Assembly: GCA_036172245.1 (NCBI GenBank)
Contig: JAYWIR010000021.1
Location: 2,542,001 to 2,606,000, forward strand
Source: Raillietiella orientalis
Lineage: Eukaryota
DNA length: 64,000 nt
Reading direction: 5' to 3'
Both the position numbers and the translations under genes were made by a program. This document shows positions 24,201 through 36,200 of this stretch, one piece after another. The first letter of the stretch is position 1, and every line of letters begins with the position of its first letter. The notes under the pieces are model-generated. The model was not told the DNA's origin. It saw nothing but the letters and a program-made list of their open reading frames with translations, and made no database searches.

Positions 24201-27200
24201 GAGTTTGAACTCCTGAAGAAGACTCTGATGGTCACCCTGTCTCCGCCCGTTCCGACCCTCGAGCTCGGTGGGGGGGAAGAAACAGACCATCAGCCTGGAT
24301 AGTAAGTTTTCTGACACTCTCTCGCGATTTTGTCGGTGGCATCTTCACACATCCTCGACTTGTGTCGAGGATGTCTCCATAGCTTTGCTAGTCAAGCTTC
24401 CTTGTTGCTCTGGCACTTGAGATTTGGCTCCCTGGAATGAATGTAAGCGTCTGGCCAACCATGGCTTGCCAGGGCCATTTCGCATCCGACTTCTCTCTGG
24501 CGGCTACCAAACTCCCCTCCCACTAATCCTTCTGCTGACTGTTCATCACTTAAAGTCCAACGCTTCCTTCCCGTTTTTCTTTTTAAAGGCTGTTCTTCTG
24601 GAAACCTTTGCCGACTCCCTTTTTCGGTCTTGGGGACGTGCATGAAAATTAGAATGTCTCAGTACGTTGGGAGGGATCTGCTTTGGGGCGGCAAGCCCAG
24701 GAGCAGCAACTGTCTTGCGGTGTTTCCAAAATACAAATGGATGTCTTCCCGATCGCAAAGAGATTACAAATGATGGATGGAGAACGCAGCATCCATCGGT
24801 TCAAGTGATTCTGAAAATCGTTGAGCAAAGTCAGGAACACTCTTCGACTTTTTCTGAGTGCCGACATTTCTTTTCGAGCGATCCCTTCTCGTTTTGGAAC
24901 GTTCCTCTTTTTTCTGCAATTCCCCCTCCCCCCCAAATTTTCTGTTGCCACAGGGCCTAAGAAATATAGATAAAAGATGGAATTCAAATATTCTTGCACA
25001 AAGGATTTCAGGACATGTGCGACGAAGCTCTAATGCCTTCAGAAATCTCTCTGAAAGTTGATGAGGACTGTCAATCAGAAAGAGCCAACTGATGAATTTT
25101 CTTATTACTGTGACGATGCCGAATGGTTGTTAGCGTTTCAAGGATGGAAAAGTTGCATCCACAAGCATCATCATTAATCTTTGAGTTTGTAAGCAGTTCC
25201 CAGATACATATGTATACGCTGAGATTTACGTGTCCTTTTTGATCTGCACGTCAGGTGAAGTGGGGGACCAAAGTTTGATAATGAAGGACTGGGTTAGTTT
25301 AGGTTTGGTCAGGTTGGATTAGGTGAGGGTAGGGTAGGCAGGGTGGGTTAGGTTATATTACGTCACCTTAGGTAGGTTAGTTTAGATTAAGCGAGGTTAA
25401 ATTAGGTTAGGTTAGGTTAGTATATGAGGTAGGTCAGGTTTTCTACTGTGAGGTGTCGAAGTGAGCTTGTGCGAAGCAGGCAAGGAATCCTGCCAGATTA
25501 TCCTTCTTTCAGACTCTCGTAAGGGCAAAGTTTTAAATAACTGACCCTGTTTGATAGCTGACTTGCCAACAACTCTGAAGTTTTATTTTACTTGATGCAT
25601 TCCGAGATCTTGTTTGTATTGATCTGGATATCAGCGCAAGTCTATAACCTCAGGAGGTTAATTTAGCTCTCAAAAGGGGCTGATTATGAGAGGGAGAATC
25701 CAGGATCATTTCAAACACCCCCTGCTTCCGGAAACATAGATGAGCTTGTTCTTTCGTATATTCTTGCTTTACATTTCTTTGTGATGAGAGCCGATGATCG
25801 GAAACGCAGGAGACTGAGGAACTTCATCTGGTCACCGTGGACCATTCGCATTTGTATTGTGATTTCAGTCAACCATCAACCTCATATACTCTAGTATATG
25901 AGGTTTTCCGGTCACGTACATGCGTGTGTTCTTTCTTTAACTTGTAAGGACCTCAGTGATACCTGAAAGTCCATTCTTTTGGTTCCTTAAACTCTTGTTT
26001 TTCCTTCTCTCCCTCTCTTTTTTTTTTTTTTTTTTTTGCTTCTTGCTCGGAATAGCTTTCTTCCGTACCCAGGGAGATACGGAAACGCCGGGAATCCGGA
26101 GGTTTTAACCACGGTTGAGCTCGAAGAAGATTTATGGAGAGGTAAATTGTGGAGTACGTTGATTTGCGCACTTCACCCAGCCGGATCCCATCCGGTTTTA
26201 CCTCAGAAGAAATGTGTCTGAGTCACTCGATGTTCAAATTGGTTTCGTGTAGCAAGTCGCTTACTGATACTCTCGTCGCTCAGCGTTGCCACGCCCTAAG
26301 GCTTTTCAGACTGAGGGAGGTGAAGTGAAACTTGAGTTTGGCTTCTCTTCGGCCTTCCAATGTTGCTCTTCACATGAAATCCTACTTGACCTCCTGTGAG
26401 ATGCTTTCTCGTGTGTGAAGACGGGCTTTCATTTGCAGCGAATCTGAGCCGAGGCGTCATCCTCGCACTTTCTGCTCTAGGCATTGTCTTATCATTACCC
26501 CACCCTGCCTCCTTTCCCCAATGTCGCAATTTTGGACCACGGGCTCGAAAGCTTCTGCGGGGAATGGTTCATTTTCGAAATGCAGGAAATAAACGCTAAG
26601 TGGTGAGATGGATCCAAGCTGCACACAAGCCATCTGTCTGGGGAAGGATCGAGCGGTTTTAAGTTCGTTGCATGTGTCCGATTGCACTAGCTCGATATCT
26701 TTGAAGTTTTCCCAATCTCTGGTTCTTCGTCTTTCGCTGGCCCTCTGGAAACCGGCACGCTGAGAATTCAGTTGTCAAGGTATGAGCCTCGAGGATGCGT
26801 AGGGACACCAGCTGGCTGCCGTGTGCGCGAATCAAAATCGCTAAAGGGTTCGCTTACGGAAGTTCGAGCGTTCTCGAAAGTGTTGAGAGATGGAAAAGAG
26901 AAACAAGGATGGAGGAGAGAGGGAGCCAGGAGGAATAAAGCAAATATAGTAGATGAAGTTTGGGGAAAGTGCCAGAAGCAAGCAAGCCAAATTTGCATAG
27001 CAAATTTTTCGGACCTTTTCCTGCTCTCTCTGATAGACGCATCAGGGAAGAGTCCAAAGAAGATGGGGGCTCCCAGCCTTGGAGTTGCCAGACGCAATTG
27101 CTTTTCCTAGAATGAGTCAGGGCATTTGGCGTCCAGGCCACTCTAATGTTTCCAGGAGCTCGCGAGCGCATGAGCACATGTCGGATGATGGAAATCCTTG

Positions 27201-30200
27201 TTTTCTGTCTTTGCAGTTCTTCGAAACGGTTCAACGCCACCCGAGGGTGGGTAATTCTTCAAGATAAGGGGTACCCAGAGAGGAGTCCGCCCTATAAATC
27301 CAGGAAGGACTCGGAGTCCGTTCCTCTCACGCCTGGGGAGGATCCTCAGAAATGGAGATCACTTCCACCTGTGGTTGTCTCGGAAGGGAAATTCAGAAGG
27401 GAATCTCTTTCCTTATTCTCTCCATTCTGTCTTCTCTGATGGGAACCCGGAAAAAATCCGATCCTGGGATTTATTCTCCGGGGGGAGGACTCCCTCAAGG
27501 GATCCGCTCCTCTTTTTACTCCTCTGAAGAGAACCCAGAAGGGATGCTTCCGAAATTCAAAAAAGCGCTGCTTCCCCAAGGAGATGAGCTCGCTTCTCTG
27601 CACTCTCCAAGGGGATGGGTGGCGGCACACCTATTCCATCAGTACCACGCGGAGGATCCCCCCATTCTGGGGATCCGCTCCTTCACAACCGGAGGGCAGC
27701 TCCCACTCCGTGATTCCTGGAAGAACACGGAAGTTGACTCCCATTTGTCCCGGCCCTCATCGGGGGCATCGGTTTCAACCGCTACCAATGTCGCACCCGG
27801 ATGAATGTAGGCCGACCAGCGTCATCTTGTGGGGTGAACTCAGAACCCATGACGCACTGAGTCTATTCCTCCGGAGTATTCGAGCCCACGACGCATGGCG
27901 CCACGCGCGGAGACCACAGTAACCACACGGCCTCCTACACGGTCATCCTATGCATGCGTTCTTGGACGGATGGACGCTCAGACGCTGATGTCCATTTCAA
28001 AAGTTTCGAATGCGTGAGTTTCTTTTTCCCCCTGGACGCCATGATTAGGACACTGAAAGACTTCGAACAGGGTTCCAGAAAACAAATACGTGAATGCGAT
28101 CCGCGGTACGCGTGCGGATTGGTTTTTCAGAGGATGCGTGAGGGGTGTCAGGAGAGGTTCTGGAGCAGGAAACTTGTTTTTCGTAGCAGAAGAGGCGTAG
28201 TCAGTTTGGATCTCCTTGATTCTTCCTCGTCCGCCCCGCATGCACGTCATCCTCGGCGTGAAGCTTCGAGAAAATCTCAACTTTCTCCTAGTTTCCCGGT
28301 AGAGAGGCCAGAGTGGCTTGCCCATGGAAATTTCCAGGGCGTGCCCTTCCGTACTTGTGTCTCTGAGATGAGGAAACTCCTTTGGAAGGTGAAATTTCCC
28401 CTCGGGAATTGTGTCCGACGCGCGCTCAAAAAGAGCCAGTAGCGACCCCTCGAGGAGATCGCTACTATTGGCTTGGAATGATGTCCTTATCTTTCCTTCC
28501 AGCTGTTTTTTTTGGTTCGTTCAAGAACCGTCGTGCCTTTGGCGGAGGTTCACGTAGCAACGCTGTTCCACGCCTCCCTAGGGCGCGTGTAAATCTAAAG
28601 ATTTACCCCGGGAGGTACCCCGGGAGGAAGCCACCCTATGAATCCAGGAAGGACTCGGAGTCCGTTCCTTTCTCGCCTGGGGAGGGATTCCCGAAGGGAA
28701 CCTCTACACCCTGGTTGTCTCCGAAGGGGACCTGAAGGAAATCTTCTCCCTTATTCTTTCCGGAGGGACCCCTGGAGAGGTCCGCTCCATTTTTTTTCTT
28801 TCCAAAGAGAATTTGGAAAGGATCTGCTCCCTGTTCTTCTCCTCCTCTGAATCTGAAGAGAACTTCGAAAGGACGCTTCCAGAATTTCTCAGAAGGGCGC
28901 TGCTTCCCCGAAGGGATTGCACCTCAGCTTGCCGTAGACACTCCTGGCACTTGGCATGTGCTCGTGTCCGCTGCTCACTTGTGGCTTTCTCGCGTGATCC
29001 TCGGAAAACAGGTAGTGGCGTGTTCAGCGACGCACCTCCTGTTCCCCAGAAACGGGGATCTGAGAGAAAGCTTCTTCGCAGCTTCCGTTTTTCCATCCCC
29101 CGCTCCTCACTCACATTCCCTTCCTCTTACTCTTGGCAATGAGAGCCCCAATGAGAGTCTCCTCAGGGACCCCCCGGTTTGTGGAACCGCTCCTCAATTT
29201 TTTCTCTGGAAGTAACCCGCAAGGGAACAGCTCCTTGGTTTCTCTTCTCAAGAGAATTCCGAAGGGACGCTTTCCAATTTCTTTGGAGAGTCGCTCGCCG
29301 AAGGCAGAAGCGCGCTTCAGACACCCCAGAGAGACAGCCCTTCAAGGAGGACATCAACCAGCTCCATGGCATGCAATCAAGGGTCCTCTCCCAATGGTGA
29401 GGAGATGACTCCCTTTTTTACAATCGGAAGGGAACTCTGAGGTTCCTTGATCCTTGAAAGGACCATGGAGGGTCAACTTCCAATCCTGGGCCAGTCAACA
29501 GTGGAGTCTGGAGCCGAACCCGGAACCTATCGGCCAGCCAGCGTCATCTTGCGGGGGGAAACTCGAACCTTCGACGCACGCATCTCTCGCAGGTTCGATC
29601 CTTCCCCGGGCGGATTCGCCCCCGTGACACCTGGTGCCGCATCCGCACGGCCGTCCACGCGGGCAAACGGGTCGCCGATCTCTTTGGTTGGTGCAACGCA
29701 CTGCCGTTACGGAGGTGATGATAGATCCAGCTCGGACAGTTCTTCCTCCGCTTCCGAAAAAGCAGCGCTGGGGAATCTCCCGGGCTGACATCGGCGGCGG
29801 GAAATAGGCGGCTGGAGCAACAGCGAACCCGGAGAGCTGCCTCCCTGCAGAAGCGTCCGGCTCGAGGAGGCGGAGCTTCTCGCTACCGAGGAGGGAAGGC
29901 CTGGTGGCACCTTGAGCCGGGCTTTCGTGCTCCCGGCGCCAGGGAGGGGAAGTCCACGTGACCGGAGTTCCTTTCCTGACATTTCCCGTCTCCGGGTTAA
30001 GTCCTGGGGCAACCAGCACCATCCTGCTGGGGGACTCGAAACCCAAGACGCCCTCAACCCGTCCTCCTATTTCTCGGCTTGGATCCTCCCCCCAGGGCGG
30101 GATTCGAACCCGCGACGCCTGTTGCCGCAGCAGCACGCCATCCTTGTTGCTATGCGCGAAAGGGCAGCCGCACGGTCTTTAACGAGCGCTCACCTCTTCT

Positions 30201-33200
30201 GGGGTGAATCAGTGGCCCCTACCACGTCCTCCATTCGCGGGTCTGAGGATTCTTGCATCAAGGCTTGGGTAGGCAGCATCGGCAGATTCCTGGGGACCGT
30301 TTTCTTTTTCTGAGCTATCGAAGCTTCCTCCAAGCAAAGGGACAAGGGTTACCACAGAGGATTCCTCACTGGAAGGCTCCTCTCTCGCAGCCAGCTCTTC
30401 TCTCTTTCTCTGGTGAAGCTGCCGATGAGGAAGGTTCGCCGCTACAGAGCTGTCATAGGGAGCATTTCATAGGGAGATGGCGGTATTCCGACCGCTCTCC
30501 GGATCTCTCTGGCGCTGCTTTTCCGTTTGCTTCTTCTGGAGCTCAAAAGGCGGAGAAAGGGGACTAAAGTCTCAGCTGCTGAGCGACTGCCGAGCCGTCT
30601 CGGGCTGTTTCCCCTCATCCATCGCGAGGTCCTGTGGTGGGAAGAAGCGCTTCCTAGATCCATCATTCTTCCTGATTTCTGAGAGCCGCTCGATCCCCCT
30701 TGAGGGACGATCCTCACCCCCGGCTCGATCCTCGACCCTTCCATCTTGCGAGTACCGATGAACCACCTCCCCCAAGAGACGCGTCCGCCACCACCTCGTC
30801 TTTCTCAGTTCCAGAGATGAAGATGGTGGACGAAAAGGGTCAAGGGCTGACCGAGAAACACTACCGCAGCGGAAGCACAATCGAGATGACATGCCTGGTG
30901 CGGAGGGTCCCTCCAGGAAGTCGGGTGTTCTGGAAGCAGAATGGTCGCGTGCTCAACGACGACCACAGGAGAGGAGGCATCAGGTAAGCAGCGGCGTCGC
31001 GAGAGCTCCTGGCAGGAGAGCAGGGCGCCGAGAGAACGAGGTCCGAGCTGAAGGGGAAAGCTGGTCGCTGCTACAAGGGCGTTTCCTCCCCGAACCCGGG
31101 ATCGAAGCTCTCTCGGGAACGAGCCTGCGCCGCGCGCGGCGCAGGAGGGAGAGAGCGACGGAAGGAGAGATGCAGGCAGGCCGAAGGCAGATATCAGTTC
31201 CCTCCCTCCCCAGCCCCTGTCTGGAAAGATTCCCTTGGAGTTCGTCTTTCGTTCGAGTTTTTCCGAACCAGGGACGAACCGGACGAGAAGGAGGAGTGAC
31301 GCTTTGGTCTTCAGAGGAAGAGACGAGAGAGGGGGGAAGTGAAGGATTTCTCCGTGGAGTTCTATGGGAGCTCGGAATTCCTTCCCTTCCGGCGAGTACC
31401 GAAGATTCGATGCGCAGGGGAGAGCAGGAAAACGCGCCTCCAGCTCGGGGTGCCAGGGGCTTCACGTAGGGGCCTGCGCCGCGCCTCGTACAGAGGGCTA
31501 ATGTGGGCGAGAGATGCCGAAGGGAACACTTCTTCTTACCTCCCTCCCTCATGACTGCACTTTGATCCCCCCATTTTCACCCTCACTCACCACACACAGG
31601 AGGAGCCAGGGGGCAGAACGTTCTCAGACCTCCAGGCGGAGGTCGGGATGTTAGGAGAACACGAATTCTTCATTCCTTTTAAAAGGATCCGGCATACCGG
31701 AGAGGAGATGTCTTCAGGCATTCCCCCTGGAAGAGAGAGTGCCCGAGGTCCGATGCCCTCCGGATGACCTGGGTCGTAGGACGGAGAATCCCCGCCTCCC
31801 CGCTCCCTTCTGCCTTTCCTTACTGCTACGGGGAATTTTGCGTGTTCCCTTCCCGTCCTCCTTTACGGGTTAGCATGCGAGAGGCCGTTCGAAGAATTCT
31901 TCATCTTCCTGCATCCTTCCCGTAACCATCTGTGTGCCACTGGCAAACATAGTGCACACGCAATTGCGGAAAAGAGGAAAGCCAAGGGGGAGGAGGAGAT
32001 GCATGAGAGGAAAACGCGCAGGAAAGGAAAGATGTGGGGAATGAAGGAGGGGAGAAGGAATCGGGAAGAAGAGGGAGAGTTTTCCGCAAGCTCCTCCTCT
32101 TTTTTTTCTGGATCGGGTCCCTCCTGTGCCACCGTTGCCACCGCCGATCGGGAAGCGACTGCGTCCTGGAGATATCCCCCTCGCCATCGCTCGTTCCCAC
32201 CGTTCTCTCTAAGCACGTTGTTGAGAGTCCCAGTACATCCTCTTTCCCTGAATCCCTGAACGAGCAAGAGATGGGACATTGACGGAAGAATGGGTCCTGT
32301 TGCACACCCGTTTCTGTATGGGTAGCCCTCCTGCATGCATACCAGGCAGATTTTTTTTCTTTTTAGGACTTTGTCGAAAGTCTCTTTAGCTATCGGGAAG
32401 GGGTCTACCTCTGGGCGAATAGGTGGCCCTATCAGAAGCTTGGGAAGCCCGTGATTTCGATTCCTGTCAGACTGCAAGTCACGCCGAGTAGGAGAAGCCG
32501 GTGCGCCAGCGAAGGTTGCTCGGAGGCCCTGAGGGGGTGGGATGAGATGAGTTTGAGGCTGCCTCGCTGCTCCCTTTCTCTCGCACTCACTTCCTATTCC
32601 CTCCTTCCCTTTCAGCGCCTCTTCTCCTTGCCCCCTTATCCCGTAGCAGTCTCAGGAGAGAGGACGTCTCTTCTGGTAACGTCTGCACACGGGACCGCTT
32701 TCCACGTTCCCGAGCTCCTCGTTTTCCCAACGGAGAATCCCCGTGTTGACGGGGAGGTTCCCGGAACAGCCGCCTCGAGGAGGCCAGTCTGCCGAGAAAA
32801 TATGACAGACTCGTTCCCCTGGCTTCAAGTATCCTGTGGGTGATTCGGGAAGCAGCAGATGCGCTATCCGTTCAACCTCCGTCTCCTCAGCACTGTGGTT
32901 TCCTTGACGACACCTGCGACAGTGAGCATGTGACGCCTCGCTTCTCAGGTGCCTTAGTCATGGCAGGCAGGCTACGGCCCTGAATGAGCAGCTGTGATGT
33001 CACTCCTCCCTTGCGCGAGGAGCGCAGGCGCACACTCAGGAGAGCGCTGAAGGAGTGCCCACTTTGGTGGGAAGAGAGGGGGCTCGGAGGGACAAATCGG
33101 ACGGGCGTTTCTCTTCCTCTTCTCCCCCCCCCCTTTCTAATCCGGATCAAGCTTCAACAGTTCCTGTTCTCGAAGGCTCCCTTCCACTCTCTGACCTTAA

Positions 33201-36200
33201 CCAAAAGGCCGAGTGGCTCCCTTCCAGGGGAATACCCGGGGGCATCTTCTGTTCGGCATCAGGGGAACTACCGGGAAAGCGTACAAGTTCGTTGTGCAGA
33301 CCACAACTACTGGAACGTGCCTTCAGCTTCTCGTGCGCGCAATCCTGAAGTACTACCTCCGCTCCATAGATGGGGGAAGCTGCCACCGCATCTCCCTCTC
33401 ACCCTCTGTTTGCCCCTTTTTGTCCTTTGATGCCACCTGGTGAGAGAGAAGGAAGGATCTCACTTTCAGAACTCTCTCCATCCTCGAAGCTCTCCCAGAG
33501 ATGGCAGATGTGAGCCTCTCCTCCGCTTCGGGAATACTGCACCCCCTCCATGGCAGCCGACGCCGAAATGTCCCTGGCTGAAGTCGCTGGCGAGGAATTT
33601 CCTGACCCTCTGGGAGCCGCTGGCTCAAGTCCTTCTCGTTGTTCAGAGTGTTGGCACGCACTCCCCCGCCTCTGTTGATATCGTTGAGAATGATGGCCCT
33701 CGGGTGGGATCTTCCTGTCCTCTAAGGAAAGGCTGCATATGGAATCAAAACAAAGGGAGAGTCACCCTGCGCAGTCTCTGTGCCCCCTCTTGGCCATCTC
33801 TGCGGACCTTAACCTCCTTTCCATGCTCGACTACCAGCCGAGTACCCTTTTCATTCCCCCTCAAGAATGCCAGGCATCCGAATGCTGCGATTGCTCTCCT
33901 ACCCGTCCCTCCTTTATGGACCACCCTTCTGAGAGGTCTCTTTTTCTTCCTCCCCTTCTTCCTTGCGACCGTTTTGGTAGGTGCCCACCTCCCTTTCCGC
34001 AAAGATTTTTATCCTGGCGCGAGTTGCTTTTGCCGAACAGTGAGCCCCGGCATGGGCGACCAGCGCGGAACCTCCTCCCACTCCTCGCTTGGCGCATGAC
34101 CCGTGACCGGCAGTCCTTCCCAGCTTCCCCTCAGGGCAGCAGAACCGGCGAGGGTCGAAGCCCGCATCTTGCCGGTTACCTGCTCTTGAAGGAAGGGAGA
34201 CGGAGGAAGGGAGGAAGGGGTGACCACAACCAGGGACGACGACTTTTTGCGCTCTCTGAGGAACAGGTTGGACAGCGGGGAAGATCTGATTCGGCGAAGA
34301 AGGAGGATCCAGGGCAGGCCTTCTGAATGCAGCTGAGTTCTTCCTCTATCCCTTCTTTTAATCCCCTCCTTCGTTATTTCACGGACGGGAGTTGATGGTG
34401 AGGCGGAAAACCGGAAGTTCCGATTCCGGGCTCCCAACAGCGGCAGCACACAGGAGGCATACGGAGCACCATCCGCTCACACGATGGGAGGGACACTCCC
34501 TGCGCGGGAGAATGCCAAGGGACCCTCGTGCTCGAGCTGCACATAGCGCGAAGGTCGGGAGGGTTCGTCGCTGCCCCTCTGAAGGCGAGCTCTCCGGAAA
34601 CCTCCGGAGAGGAATACGGAGGATGTCAGTCAGACACCGACCGACCTCTTCTACGCAATCTCTTCTGTGTCCCCAGCATCCGAACCGATGTCCGTGGCGA
34701 CGAGATAAGGAGTCTCCTCCACCTAGCCAACGCAAGGAGCAGCGACTCTGGACAGTACGTCTGCTCCTTGAGTGGAAACCTCGAGTCCAGGGCCGTGGTT
34801 TACATCCTTGATGGTGAGTTTCTACCTCAGTAGGAATTCGGCACCTGAGGGCATCCTTCGCTGTCAGCTAGAACGCCGGAATAGTCTTCCTAGCTGGAGG
34901 GAAACACGCAGCCATTTCGGCGATACTCGGCCTCTATCTTCTGGAATTAGGGACTTATTCCCTCCCCGTGCGTGCGTGTGCACCTGCGGCTGAGTGTGAC
35001 CTTTTCCGCATCCCTTCGAACGAGACCCTCCCTCCTTCGAGGCGAGAATGCGCGGATGTTTGGTGCCGGTCCTGAGGACCGCTCTGTCTGCTCTCTCCTC
35101 GCGAGATGCCCCTCCGCTGGTGAACTGGTCATCTGGTTCTTCAGCGCTCTGACTCTAGGTCCCTTTCATGTCTCCGGAGGAAAATCCTCCAACTGGAAAA
35201 GGGAAACGGGAAAGGAAAACGCATGCGGAGTTCTGGAATGGGTCGGAAAAGATGAAGAGGAGGGCGGTTACGACCTACTCTCAAAGCCATGGGTAAAAAA
35301 AAAAAAAAAATTTTTTTAGGTTAAAAACGTCGGAGGACTGGGGGACTCTGGGTATTCTTTCGCAGTTGCTCCTCTGTTAACTTGGAGTGCTCTTCGTTCC
35401 TCTTCATATTGCTTTCTGTCTTTCGTATGGCGAAAGAAGACTGTCTGAATTCTCCACCTGGCTATCGGTTTTTCTAGCGACAGGGGCAGCATAGATGTCA
35501 CTCGAGTGCCGAATACACGCAGCCACCATCCGGTGCCTCAGTTCCACCAGCTTCTACTTTGGTATGCCTAGATCTTCATAACCAGAATCCCATGCTCCCA
35601 GAGAACCAACGATGAACGCGTGTACTTCGCTTTGCTTTCCGCCTTTTCCCAGATGTAGTGCTACGTCCTTGTATTTTCCTTCTTTATTCTTCCTCCGAAG
35701 CGTCGGAGGTTTGTGGTTACGGTCTGCGCGCAAAGTATCATTCGTCGCGGGTTCGAATACTCCGAAAGATTGTGAAGGAGCGGACCTCCTAGTATAGGAG
35801 ATCCCTCTGTGTCGTACTGATGGAGCAGGTGTGCAGCCACCTCTCCAGAGGGTGCAGAAAGAAACTCAGGGAACTACCGTTTCCTGGGCTTGTTTCTCAT
35901 GGGGAGATGAAAAAGGGAACCGGCATCCCGAAGCACCAATTTCCCCGCTGTCTCTCTTTCTGTTCTTTGATTCCCAAGAAGGGAAAAGAGGAAAACCCTC
36001 GAAACTCTCGAGGTGGAAGAGATGAAGCGTACGATCGTGCTGGAACATGCGGCTATTCCTGACGGCGACAAGAGAATTCACAAAAGAACGCGAAGATGGC
36101 GCTTTCTGGAAGTGAAGGAACGGCTTCGGGAAACATCTTTGAGACTGGAGTGGTGACAAGGAAGAGAATGTTACGCCACAATTCGGCCTCGAGGCTCCTT

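Noticed and set aside
25290..25440. True telomere or chromosome-fusion point
   Set aside because: The array is short, degenerate, single-orientation and lies inside an intron of an intact gene.
30091..30159. Functional tRNA gene
   Set aside because: The T-arm and A-box-like motif are present, but there is no acceptor stem or convincing anticodon arm; better explained as a SINE head.
27265..30160. CRISPR-like or regularly spaced array
   Set aside because: Units are ~500 bp, irregular and diverged, with no constant repeat-spacer period and no cas genes; the context is eukaryotic.
29495..34811. Several 190-220 aa ORFs (29495-30136, 30891-31469, 30980-31552, 31863-32477, 33440-34099, 33739-34326) as nested genes
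   Set aside because: They are overlapping, R/S/P/G-rich, have no recognisable domains, and are expected by chance in GC-rich intronic DNA.
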